Assembly (NCBI GenBank): GCA_938091905.1
Contig: CALKOM010000023.1
Span: forward strand, 1-64,000
From: an uncultured Verrucomicrobiales bacterium
Lineage (GTDB): Bacteria; Verrucomicrobiota; Verrucomicrobiia; Verrucomicrobiales; DEV007
Direction of reading: 5' to 3'
DNA length: 64,000 nucleotides
The translations under genes were made by a program, and so were the position numbers. Below the pieces are notes generated by a model. The model was not told the DNA's origin. It saw only the letters and a program-made list of their open reading frames with translations, and did no database searches. Positions 43,641-53,282 of the stretch are shown here, one piece after another. Numbering within the stretch: the first letter of the stretch is position 1; every line of letters starts with the position of its first letter.

Positions 43641-44036
43641 TTATGAAAAGGCTTGGCTGAGCTGGTCGAGACGCGTCTTCACGCTCCCGTCCCAAATATC
43701 ACTACCAACACGCACACGCATCCCGCCTAACAAGTCAGGCACGACTTTAAACTCGCTCGTCACGTCATCGCCGTAACGGGCTTTCAAATCTTTCAACACA
43801 CCGTCTTTTAAATCATCCGAAAGCTTCTCAGCGCTCTCGACGATAGCGTGTCGTTTCTCGAGATCCAAACGGATCAAACGCTGGAAAGCAGTGAGGATGC
43901 CGAGGTAACCCCGAGGCTTCTCTTCGCCAACGCGCTTCACGATCATCTTCACACGATCGATATCCAGCTTACCCTCGCTCGCGCAGGACTGAAACAGTGC
44001 CCGAGCGTGGCGTAGCGCGTCTTTTGAAACTTTCAT
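43641..44036 (-). CDS. atpH: F1 ATP synthase delta (short form)
   Basis: Position in operon; C-terminal PDLLGGMRVRVGSDIWDGSVK. Confidence 0.92.
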   Translation of the reverse strand: MKVSKDALRHARALFQSCASEGKLDIDRVKMIVKRVGEEKPRGYLGILTAFQRLIRLDLEKRHAIVESAEKLSDDLKDGVLKDLKARYGDDVTSEFKVVPDLLGGMRVRVGSDIWDGSVKTRLDQLSQAFS

Positions 44037-44063
44037 GGAAACGTAATAAAGCGAACAGAGACC

Positions 44064-44564
44064 TTAATTGGCCAATTGGGTCGCAGTCTCCTTGTTGATC
44101 TTGTCCTGGTCCTCGCTGTTGAGAACCTTGCCAGTCACCTTGCCCGTGGCACTGATGACGAGCTTTCCGAAATCCTTCTTCAAGCCCGCTAGCTGTTGCT
44201 CACGCTCAAGCTTCGTCGCCTCACGAGCCTTCGCGACGATGTCCTGAGCTTCTTGTGACGCTTTCGCGCGCTCTTTGTCGCCAAGCGCTGATGCGCTCTC
44301 TTTCGCCTCGGCAATCAAACGAGCAGCCGTCTCATTGGCCTCGTCAATCTTGGCAGCTGCAGCGGCCTCGGTATCCGCAAGCTGCGCCTTCACCTTCTCA
44401 CGATCAGCCTCGGTGTCTTCAATGCGCTTCCGACGCTCTTCCAGAATCTCTTGGATAGGCCCGAAGGCGAATTTCTTCAGGATAGCATAAACGATCAGGA
44501 AGATGAGAATCTGAGCGATGAAATTCGTCCAGTAGATACCTAGATCAGAAAGAATCTTACCCAT
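44064..44564 (-). CDS. atpF: Fo ATP synthase subunit b
   Basis: N-terminal TM, KFAFGPI..ILEERRKRI, coiled coil. Confidence 0.95.
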   Translation of the reverse strand: MGKILSDLGIYWTNFIAQILIFLIVYAILKKFAFGPIQEILEERRKRIEDTEADREKVKAQLADTEAAAAAKIDEANETAARLIAEAKESASALGDKERAKASQEAQDIVAKAREATKLEREQQLAGLKKDFGKLVISATGKVTGKVLNSEDQDKINKETATQLAN

Positions 44565-44609
44565 TGAGCCAGAAGCGCTTGAAGTTAAAGAGAGGGAGAG
44601 AGGAGAAGC

Positions 44610-44643
44610 GGTCGTTGGCGGAGGTTATTCTCCGCCAACGACC
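44610..44643. other. Perfect 14-bp intergenic stem-loop between atpE and atpF
   Basis: GGTCGTTGGCGGAG-gttatt-CTCCGCCAACGACC. Confidence 0.85.
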
Positions 44644-44657
44644 AAGGATTGTTCAGC

Positions 44658-44918
44658 CTAGTTGCCTTGGAGGGCCATGATCAGACCATAAATAGCGACA
44701 GCCTCAGCCAGTGCCATTCCGATAATTCCGATGGTCAAGATCTTACCAAAGGCACCAGGGTTACGGCCAACGGCCTGCGTGGCACCCAGTCCAACTAGTC
44801 CCACACCGACACCGGCGCCGAGACCTGCAAGACCCAAGGAAAGTGAACCACCGAGACCACCGGCAGCAGCTGCTGCTTCGGCCACGATTGGCGTGATGCT
44901 TGAGAGTAAGTTTGTCAT
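44658..44918 (-). CDS. atpE: Fo ATP synthase subunit c
   Basis: GxGxGxG motif, RNP loop, ALAEAVAIY. Confidence 0.96.
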   Translation of the reverse strand: MTNLLSSITPIVAEAAAAAGGLGGSLSLGLAGLGAGVGVGLVGLGATQAVGRNPGAFGKILTIGIIGMALAEAVAIYGLIMALQGN

Positions 44919-45008
44919 GTTCGTGTTAAGTTATTCTAACGTTATTCTTGCTTGTTCTATTGATTCTGACACCCACTGACTTCGCATGGTCACGCCAGAA
45001 AAATGTTT

Positions 45009-45896
45009 CTAGTGATCTTCTTCCTCGTGGGCGGTAGAGAGCTGAATGTAAACGGCGCAAAGGAGAGCAAAGACAGTGGCTTGCAGCACACCGACGAGAA
45101 TCTCAAGGAAGTAGAAGGGAAGCGTGAAACCAATCTTCGAGATGAACGACAGTGTCGGGCCTAGCCCAAACGTGTCTCCCAAGGTCGTCATCGCGTGAAG
45201 AAGATTCTCACCAGCGAAGACATTACCGAAGAGTCGGAGCGACAGCGTTACCGGGCGGAAGATAATGGAGACCACTTCAATCACGCCCACAAAGAGGAAA
45301 ATGGGAATGAGAACGAGCTTCATGACCCCAGTCAAACCACCCTTTGGGGCGAAGATGTGCTTCACAAACTCAACAGGGCCGGTCTCCACCATGGTAATGT
45401 AGAACCAGACTACCATCGAACACATCGCAATTGCCAAGGTGAGGTTCATGTCTGCCGTAGCAGGACGCAGCAGTGGAATCTTAGGCTCCGCTGACAACCC
45501 TAAGAAGCCCATCTGAGTGCCTTCATGGCCGATGCCGATCGTTCCAACCCCTGGAAGCAAGCCAAACCAGTTTGCCACGAGGATGTAGACAAAGATCGTG
45601 CATAGCAAAGGGAAGGCTCTTGGAGCTACCTTAGGTCCCACAACCTGCTCGACCTGATTGTATAGAAATTCGAATACGAACTCGACGCCATTCTGTACCG
45701 GCCCGGGGATTAGCGTTGGACTCTTCGTCCCGGCGCGTACCAAGAAGTAGATGATCGCCATGACGATCATCGCCACAAAGACTGAGTTCGTCAAAGCAGC
45801 CAGCAAGCCCGTTGGCCCGACGAGGGGCTGTGCCGTAATCGGCACGCTCGCGAGTTGGAAAGCGGTGACTGGAAGGTCTCCTAAGGAAGAGAACAT
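45009..45896 (-). CDS. atpB: Fo ATP synthase subunit a
   Basis: QNGVE, NWFGLLPG, TADMN, RPVTLSLRLFGNVFAG, LQATVF. Confidence 0.97.
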   Translation of the reverse strand: MFSSLGDLPVTAFQLASVPITAQPLVGPTGLLAALTNSVFVAMIVMAIIYFLVRAGTKSPTLIPGPVQNGVEFVFEFLYNQVEQVVGPKVAPRAFPLLCTIFVYILVANWFGLLPGVGTIGIGHEGTQMGFLGLSAEPKIPLLRPATADMNLTLAIAMCSMVVWFYITMVETGPVEFVKHIFAPKGGLTGVMKLVLIPIFLFVGVIEVVSIIFRPVTLSLRLFGNVFAGENLLHAMTTLGDTFGLGPTLSFISKIGFTLPFYFLEILVGVLQATVFALLCAVYIQLSTAHEEEDH

Positions 45897-46000
45897 GCGT
45901 TAAAAAGCTCTGGTCGGTTCGGCGTTTGACAGCGTTTCCTAAGCGGATGCGCAATCGAGTTTTCCCGTTTAAAACAAGGCTGATTCCTTAGCAAGATCAA

Positions 46001-46020
46001 TTTGTGAAATATTTCACAAA
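46001..46020. promoter_or_regulatory. Perfect 20-bp palindrome, Rex-box/CRP-FNR-family operator upstream of the atp operon
   Basis: TTTGTGAAATATTTCACAAA, about 105 nt upstream of atpB; matches TTGTGAA-N4-TTCACAA. Confidence 0.7.
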
Positions 46021-46338
46021 GTCCGGATTCCGTTCGCCAAAACCAACTAATTCTTCGCCCTCCACCCACCGTCTCTGATCAGATCTTTCGAGCGGGATCT
46101 CTCCGTACGGCTTTTTCGGCCCAGACAAGGATCCAAGCATACGATGAATCGATAGGCAAAACTCCGCAGTCCAAAGCTGCGGCCTTAAGTCGCCGAGCCA
46201 CCAAGGGGCGCCTGAAAAGCACCTGCCCTTGAGGCTCCTAACTCTGATTGCCTATCTGGAACTCCGATCGTGACGCCACCGGCGCGGTACCATTGTTCGT
46301 CAGCCGGAACGTACAGGGCTCACTCCTACAAAGAGTTA

Positions 46339-47190
46339 TCAAGTCGTCGCTTGTTCCATTTTATCACTAGGTTCCATGAACTGGACTTCATGGGCCTCCC
46401 AGATTTCCGGCCATTAGAATCGCTCTATCTGAGACGCCAAAACCTTGGTTGGAATGGCATCCTTTCGCTGACGATAGCGACTTCTCACCTGGCCTAGCGG
46501 AGTCGCGAATACGACCAACTTCGTGTACGCATGATAGTCCCGCGCCAACTGTACGATCATCGATCGGCCTTCCGCACGGATGTTTGTCCCGTCCCAAACG
46601 ACATCCCGCTGATCCCGCAAACATGCCCACGCCGAACCCACTTCACGAGAGAATCTGTAAACGCATCGAAGGTAAATCGCTCTGCTAGCCTAACCACATA
46701 GCCCTCTTACACCGTCTTATCGACACGCAACGCTTGCGTCTCTTTCGCATCCCAGGCGCCCTCATAAAACGCGGGCAACAACGATAATCCCAACATCGCG
46801 GCCCACTCGTCAGTCTCCTCCCAAGACAACGCTTCAATTCATCCAGATCGAGAACACAGAGCAGTAGCTCTCCAATGCCTCATAGCTTACGAAATGCCGC
46901 GCATACCCATTCTCCCCACAAACGCGCCATCCGCTCGGAATCTCATGAGCCAGTCCTCCATGCAATTGCTTCACCCAATCCCGCGACACATGATGCCGAC
47001 TATCCACCGACCGCGCATGCAACCCATCGCGATAAAGGATCGTGTTCTCGCCATCCATCTTCTCCGTCACCACCACCTGCCCGCCTTCAAAGTGCGAGGT
47101 ATCAAACAAATAAGTATCGTCACTACTACTGCCAAGCGACCAAGGCAGATGCGGTGTACAAGGGTACTTAATGTAATGTTCACGTGACAT
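46339..47190 (-). pseudogene. Degraded RNA ligase (Rnl2-like) plus AAA_33 polynucleotide-kinase fragment
   Basis: KYP.TPHLPWS, TEKMDGEN, CGEN, frameshift near 46835, TAA 46707 before EGYVVR, KWVR.GHV; then LRDQRDVVWDGTN kinase C-terminal half with TAA 46414. Confidence 0.8.
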
Positions 47191-47384
47191 AATGGACTCC
47201 TAACCATCGCTCGAGCGACCAAACCGAGACAGCATCCAACAATCTCGAGCGATGGGCGGGGGCGCAACCTCACACAACCCCATGCAAAGTCAACAAGAGC
47301 GGCCTGCTCCCCATGCAAATCTGAAAGCCAGGGCGCAGTTCATGCCCCGTTGACCCTGAGACGAATTGCGTCGAAATTGTGGGC

Positions 47385-50300
47385 ATGCCCCTGACCTTCT
47401 CAGCCCCACGCTGCCTAGCACTCTTGTCCATGGCTCTGCCAGCCAGTCTTCTTCAGGCTGGTATCACGGAAGTCAATGAATCTGGACTAGGAGGCGATAC
47501 TGCGGCAATCATCGCACCAAGCTTTGGAGAGGATACGTTGTCCTTCTCGGATCGCACGCACCAACACAATGGCGCGGCCTTTAACGAAACTAGTCTCGCC
47601 ACAGGTGGCGATACGATCGTGGCCTTGCCAGAATATTTGTTAGGACATGACTATGTCCGCTTCGCCAACAACGCGAGGGACCAGGATACCTACAGCACAG
47701 AGGTGGTGTCCGATGTGACTTCGCACTTCTACCTCTTGGTCGACAATCGTATCAATGGACCGAGCGGAAACACATCGAGCTCGAATGGGACAGACCCTTC
47801 GTTAGGCGGCACTCTGCAATGGGTGATCGATGGCGGTTGGGAGCGCGTAAACACTGGCATTTCGCCTGGCGGAGCTGCTGATTACACGGGAGTCGATGAG
47901 GGCGGGGATTCCGTCGGTGCCGGACAAGGCTTGAACCAGTTCTATTCGGTGTTTCTGCTAGCAAATCGCACTAGTGTGACCGTGCGCAACAATGGTGTGG
48001 GTGGCTCTAACATGGTTTCTTTGGTCGTGGCACCGAGTTTGGGCGTGGGGCCGACTGGGCCAGACAGCGACGACGATGGCCTACCGGATGACTGGGAAGA
48101 GACTCAATTTGGCAACTTGAGCCAGTCCGCCAGCGACGATCCAGACAGTGATGGTCTAGCCAATGATGAGGAGTATGGTCAGGAAACGAATCCAAACCTA
48201 TCAGACACAGACAGCGATGGCCTGAGCGATGGCGAGGAAGTGAATCAGTATGAGACGGATCCTTTGCTGGTCGATACCGATGAAGATGGACTGACAGATG
48301 GCGCCGAAATAAACTCGCACGGGTCGAACCCCTTGGCCCGCGACACGGATCAGGATGTGCTCGATGACTTCGCCGAGGTGATGACCCATGGCACCAGTCC
48401 CAGCAAGCCGGATACGGATAGCGACGGCTTCAGTGATGGCGTCGAAGTCAGCGCAGGATCCGATCCTAACAATGCGGAAAGTCAGCCCGAATTCAAGCCC
48501 TCACAAGAAGTGGTCATCAACGAATTCATGGCGTCCAATGCAACCACCCGCACAGATGAGAACGGCGACTCGTCGGATTGGATCGAATTGTGGAATCCTA
48601 ACGAAGCACCGGTTGACGTTTCGGGATGGTTTCTTTCTAATGATGCCAACCAACTCACCAAATGGTCGTTGCCAGGCTTCACCATGGCTCCAAGATCTTT
48701 CTTCGTTATCTCTGCCTCAGGCAAAGACCGCACAGTGAGCGCGGATTGGCATACGAACTTCCGGCTCGATCGTGCCGCCGGTGGGTTTATTGCTCTCAGC
48801 AAGCCGATAGCCGCGGGAGGAGCGGAAGTCGTGCATGCCTATGAGAACCTCGATCGCCAGCGCGAGGATGTTTCCTTTGGGCTAACAGGCACAGAACCTC
48901 CATTCACCAACGGCTATTTCCGCATGCCAACCCCGGGCACACCGAACAGCGCCAACTCTGTCGCGGGGTTTGTACGCGACACTAAGTTCTCGGTCGATCG
49001 TGGATTTTACGACGCGCCATTCACACTCACCATCGCCTGCGCCACGCCAGGAGCGACGATCATTTATACCACTGATGGGAGCCCACCTTCGAACTCACCA
49101 CGTCGCGGCACCCGTGTACCGGCCGCTAATCCCAACACGCCACCCATTGCAAACATTGACATTGCCACCACGACCAACGTGCGCGCGATGGCTGTGCAAA
49201 TAGGTTTCGAATCTAGCAATATCGACACGCACACCTACCTCTTCCGCGACGCCATCTTGCAGCAGAGTAACGCAACCGTGCCCGCCCATGCAAACTGGGG
49301 ACATGCCGGACCAGATTTCGAAATGGACCCTAGCATTGTGAATCACAGCAACCCGGAGATTCGGCCAGAGACCGCGGATTTCCTTCGCGTGCCCACCGTA
49401 TCCTTGACCATGGATTGGGACAGCATGTTCGGAAATGGAGGCATCTACATCGCCGGTGAAGGCGTCGACCGACCAACCTCGATAGAGTATCTCAATCCTA
49501 ACAGTGACTTAGACCACCCTAATGAAGCCGAAGGTTTTCAAATAGAAGGCACCGTACGGATTGTAGGAGGTTCCAGTACAGGCCGTTGGAAATCGGACAA
49601 GCTGTCTATGCGACTAAAGTTCACCAAGGACCTACGTTTCCCACTATTTGGCAATGAGCGCACCGATCGCTTTGACACCTTAATACTGGATCATCGGCTA
49701 AACAATGTCTGGCACTACAACAGACGCGCCGATCAACGGGATCGCGCGCAATACACGCACGACCAGTTTCCGGCCGACCTGCACACCTTGATGGGCGGCG
49801 TGTCTCCAGAAGGCCACCACTGCTTGCTCTACATCAATGGCGTTCTCTGGGGCATCACCGAACTGCATGAACGGCCCGATGACAACTTCGCCGCTGAGTA
49901 TCTGGGTGGCGACAACGGCAACTACGACGTCATGAAGCATCGGATCGGCACCGTGATCTCCGGCAGCAATGCAAACTACCGTGACATGCTGTCACGCACC
50001 CGGCGCTCAATGAGCAGCCCTGCCAACTACATCGCCGTGACCGAAGTGCTGGATATCGAGAACTTCATCGCCTACATGTTAGCCAACTACTACGTAGGCA
50101 ATACGGACTGGGCACATCAGAACTGGTATGCCTCTTACAACCGGGTGTCGGCCGATGGCAAATGGCATTACCACAGTTGGGATCCCGAGCATTGCATGGA
50201 GAGCACTAACCACGATGTCACTAGTCGTAATGATAGTAATGGGCCAACCGAAGTCTTCCACAATCTCATCGCTAATCCTGAATTCCGTCTACTCTTCGCC

Positions 50301-53030
50301 GATCGCGTGCATCAGCATTTCCACGGAGACGGTGTCCTCACACCAGCCAACGTGGTGACCGCCTACATGCGTCGCGCCAATGTCGTCGACTTATTGAGCC
50401 GTATCGAATCCGCGCGCTGGGGCGACAATGGCCGATCGAATCCCTACACACGGCTCGATTGGCTGCGCGTGCGCGATCAATTGCTCGGAACAGCCACGGG
50501 GAACAGTTTTTACAATTACTTTCCTCGCCGAACAGGCGTTGTGCTAGAACAATTTCGCAATCGCGGTTGGTATCCAGACACGGAGCCACCCATGCTATCG
50601 CCCAGCCCCGGAGTGGTGGATCAAAACACCGCGCTGCAGCTCGCCAGCAGCTCAGGAGGCGTCATCTACTACACACTCGATGGAAGCGACCCTCGCAAAC
50701 CGTTGTTAGAAGAAGCCGATCCCAGCACGACCACCCGATTAGTCACCGAGACGGCGACCAAGTTTGCCGCCGTGCCGCAAGATGATAGCCAGAGATCCAC
50801 CTGGATGACCCGCACCTTCAATCACGATGGCTGGGCCAGCGGCACTGAGGGAGCAGGTTATGAAGAAAGCAACAATGGCGCCTATGTAGATTTGATAGAC
50901 AACGCCTTGGATTTCGGAGACGAGGTCAATGATAACGGACAGGAAACTCTCTATCTACGCGTGCCGTTTAATGCGAGTGCCGTGGAAAGCTTCGGTTCGC
51001 TCGAGCTAGGCATCCGCTACGACGATGGCTTTGTCGCCTACTTGAATGGCACCGAGATTGCACGCGCCAATGCGCCAGGAAACGTGGGCACCCTCCTGGA
51101 TCATGATAGCAATGCCAGCACAAGTCACAGCGACAACAATGCCGTAGAATTCGCAAGCTTCAATGTCAGCGAGCATCTGGGTGCCTTGCGAAATGGCACC
51201 AATGTGCTAGCCATCCATGGCCTGAATCGTGGAACGAGCAGTAGCGACCTATTAATCTGGCCTACACTCATCGCCTCCGATGAGCCCGATGCCAGCGCCG
51301 GTGAGATTGCAGAAACAGCCCAACGCTATCAAACGCCGATCACCTTAACAGAATCGGCACAAATTCGGGCCAGGACATTACGCAACGGTGAATGGTCGCC
51401 GCTGAGTGAGGGTGCGTTTCTGGTCGGTAGCGTGGCTGCCAACTCGGCAAACTTGCGCATCACCGAAGTTCACTACCATCCAAGCGCGCCAACCGAAGCT
51501 GAAATGGCTGCGGGTCATGAACGGAAGAGTGATTTCGAGTTCATCGAAATCACCAATATCAGCGCCACGGAAAACGTGCATTTGCTAGGCACAAGTTTCG
51601 CGAGTGGTGTCGAGTTTGAAACCGATCGTCATGCGTATTTTTTCGAAATCGGGCCCAGGGAAAGTGTCGTCTTGGTCGAGGACCGCGCGGCCTTTGAAAA
51701 CCGCTACGGCTCGGAGATCCCCGTCGTCGGCACCTTCCAACTCGGCACCCAACTCTCCAACGCCGGCGAAACCGTCGAGCTGCGCGGCGGTAATGGTCAG
51801 ACCATCCAGAGCCTTGCCTACGTGGACGAAGCCCCGTGGCCCCTCGAAGCGGACGGCGCAGGCAAATCCCTCACTTTGATCGATCCCTTGGCCCCAGACG
51901 CCCCCACCAAAGCAAGACAATGGACGGCCAGCCAAGAGATCGGCGGCACACCCGGCCGCCTCGAAACCGAGGCTCCCATCGAGGACTTCTCACTCAACCT
52001 CAAAACCGTAGGCCAAGGCACCCTGACAGCCTCTCCACAATCCGATCGCTACACTGCTGGCCAAACGGTCACGTTGACTCCCCAGGCCGCCCCCGGCTGG
52101 ATGTTCGACCAGTGGAGCGGTGACGCCAGTGGCACGGAAGCCCCACTCATCGTCACGATGAACACTGACACAGGTGTCACCGCCACGTTCAAACCACAAC
52201 CGCGATTCACACTCACCACCGAGATCATCGGAAATGGCAGCGTAAACGCAAGCCCGCAGCAAGCCGACTACGCCCTCGGAGAAACCATCACGCTAACCGC
52301 CACGCCATCCACTGGCGCCATCTTCCAAAGTTGGAGCGGCGCCGCGAGCGGAACCGAATCCCCTATCACCCTGACACTAGGTGCCAACCAACAAGTCACC
52401 GCGACCTTCGTCAACGTCTGGCCCCTAATCCTAGAACCAACCACGGGTGGCACTGTGACTCTGTCACCAAACCTAAGCCAACACATCGACGGCACCAGCG
52501 TGGCGCTCACAGCCCTTCCGGAAGACGGCTTTCAGTTCACCGGCTGGACCGGAGCACTATCAGGCACCAGCAATCCCGCCAACCTCGTCATGACCGGCAA
52601 CTTCACAGTGCGACCAGCGTTCACTCGCAATCTCACCCCACTCGAGACTTGGCAACACACCCACTTCTCAGAAGCAGAACGCACAAACGCCAGCATCTCC
52701 GGCAGCACCGCCGATCCCGACGGCGATGGCATGGTAAATATCCTAGAGTTTCTCTCAGGAACAGATCCACAAGACCCACACGCCCGGCCGCGCCTCAACG
52801 CTGTCGTGAGCGACGACAGCGTCATTGAAATCCGGTGGATACGTCCAAGCACGCTGAGCCAGCGCACGGCTGCGTGGTCCATGGAGCTAAGCCAAGACCT
52901 CACGGCCTGGCAAATCAGCGACAGTGCCTCTGAAAGCGAGATTGCCAACGGAGAAGAAACGCTCATCTTTCGCAGCAATGGCAGCGAAGCCAACGTGCGC
53001 TACGCCCGATTGCGAGTCGATCTTGAGTAA
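47385..53030 (+). CDS. Giant secreted CotH-kinase protein: Ca-binding DxDxDG repeats, lamin-tail domains, Fn3-associated domains, three bacterial (InlB-B-like) repeats, C-terminal 'DLxxW' domain
   Basis: Signal peptide; six DxDxD repeats; VINEFMASN..DWIELWN; YTTDGSPP; LYINGVLWGITELHERPD, DWAHQNWY, WDPE; ITEVHYHP..EFIEITN; GWMFDQWSGDASG-type repeats. Confidence 0.9.
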   Translation: MPLTFSAPRCLALLSMALPASLLQAGITEVNESGLGGDTAAIIAPSFGEDTLSFSDRTHQHNGAAFNETSLATGGDTIVALPEYLLGHDYVRFANNARDQDTYSTEVVSDVTSHFYLLVDNRINGPSGNTSSSNGTDPSLGGTLQWVIDGGWERVNTGISPGGAADYTGVDEGGDSVGAGQGLNQFYSVFLLANRTSVTVRNNGVGGSNMVSLVVAPSLGVGPTGPDSDDDGLPDDWEETQFGNLSQSASDDPDSDGLANDEEYGQETNPNLSDTDSDGLSDGEEVNQYETDPLLVDTDEDGLTDGAEINSHGSNPLARDTDQDVLDDFAEVMTHGTSPSKPDTDSDGFSDGVEVSAGSDPNNAESQPEFKPSQEVVINEFMASNATTRTDENGDSSDWIELWNPNEAPVDVSGWFLSNDANQLTKWSLPGFTMAPRSFFVISASGKDRTVSADWHTNFRLDRAAGGFIALSKPIAAGGAEVVHAYENLDRQREDVSFGLTGTEPPFTNGYFRMPTPGTPNSANSVAGFVRDTKFSVDRGFYDAPFTLTIACATPGATIIYTTDGSPPSNSPRRGTRVPAANPNTPPIANIDIATTTNVRAMAVQIGFESSNIDTHTYLFRDAILQQSNATVPAHANWGHAGPDFEMDPSIVNHSNPEIRPETADFLRVPTVSLTMDWDSMFGNGGIYIAGEGVDRPTSIEYLNPNSDLDHPNEAEGFQIEGTVRIVGGSSTGRWKSDKLSMRLKFTKDLRFPLFGNERTDRFDTLILDHRLNNVWHYNRRADQRDRAQYTHDQFPADLHTLMGGVSPEGHHCLLYINGVLWGITELHERPDDNFAAEYLGGDNGNYDVMKHRIGTVISGSNANYRDMLSRTRRSMSSPANYIAVTEVLDIENFIAYMLANYYVGNTDWAHQNWYASYNRVSADGKWHYHSWDPEHCMESTNHDVTSRNDSNGPTEVFHNLIANPEFRLLFADRVHQHFHGDGVLTPANVVTAYMRRANVVDLLSRIESARWGDNGRSNPYTRLDWLRVRDQLLGTATGNSFYNYFPRRTGVVLEQFRNRGWYPDTEPPMLSPSPGVVDQNTALQLASSSGGVIYYTLDGSDPRKPLLEEADPSTTTRLVTETATKFAAVPQDDSQRSTWMTRTFNHDGWASGTEGAGYEESNNGAYVDLIDNALDFGDEVNDNGQETLYLRVPFNASAVESFGSLELGIRYDDGFVAYLNGTEIARANAPGNVGTLLDHDSNASTSHSDNNAVEFASFNVSEHLGALRNGTNVLAIHGLNRGTSSSDLLIWPTLIASDEPDASAGEIAETAQRYQTPITLTESAQIRARTLRNGEWSPLSEGAFLVGSVAANSANLRITEVHYHPSAPTEAEMAAGHERKSDFEFIEITNISATENVHLLGTSFASGVEFETDRHAYFFEIGPRESVVLVEDRAAFENRYGSEIPVVGTFQLGTQLSNAGETVELRGGNGQTIQSLAYVDEAPWPLEADGAGKSLTLIDPLAPDAPTKARQWTASQEIGGTPGRLETEAPIEDFSLNLKTVGQGTLTASPQSDRYTAGQTVTLTPQAAPGWMFDQWSGDASGTEAPLIVTMNTDTGVTATFKPQPRFTLTTEIIGNGSVNASPQQADYALGETITLTATPSTGAIFQSWSGAASGTESPITLTLGANQQVTATFVNVWPLILEPTTGGTVTLSPNLSQHIDGTSVALTALPEDGFQFTGWTGALSGTSNPANLVMTGNFTVRPAFTRNLTPLETWQHTHFSEAERTNASISGSTADPDGDGMVNILEFLSGTDPQDPHARPRLNAVVSDDSVIEIRWIRPSTLSQRTAAWSMELSQDLTAWQISDSASESEIANGEETLIFRSNGSEANVRYARLRVDLE

Positions 53031-53282
53031 CGCTTAGCGGACACGCACGCGAGAAATACCTGTTCCAACTTGCGCCCGGATGGCGTCCTCATCCGTTAGG
53101 ATGCGGAGCCTGTCGTCATCACCGTGCCGTAAGATTGCCATTCGGCATCTAAGGAAAGCTCCAACCCGACCTCTGGAGTTCCATCTCGTTGCATTCGTAG
53201 CAGTGTCCTTGATAGCCCGTTGAATCTTCTTGAGTTACGCTCGCAAAATCTTCAGACTCCCTCTCAAATTCACCCCATTCCG

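Noticed and set aside
48060..48470. Periodic repeats as a possible CRISPR array
   Set aside because: They are degenerate coding DxDxDG Ca-binding repeats inside a CDS; no identical direct repeats or cas genes were seen in the window
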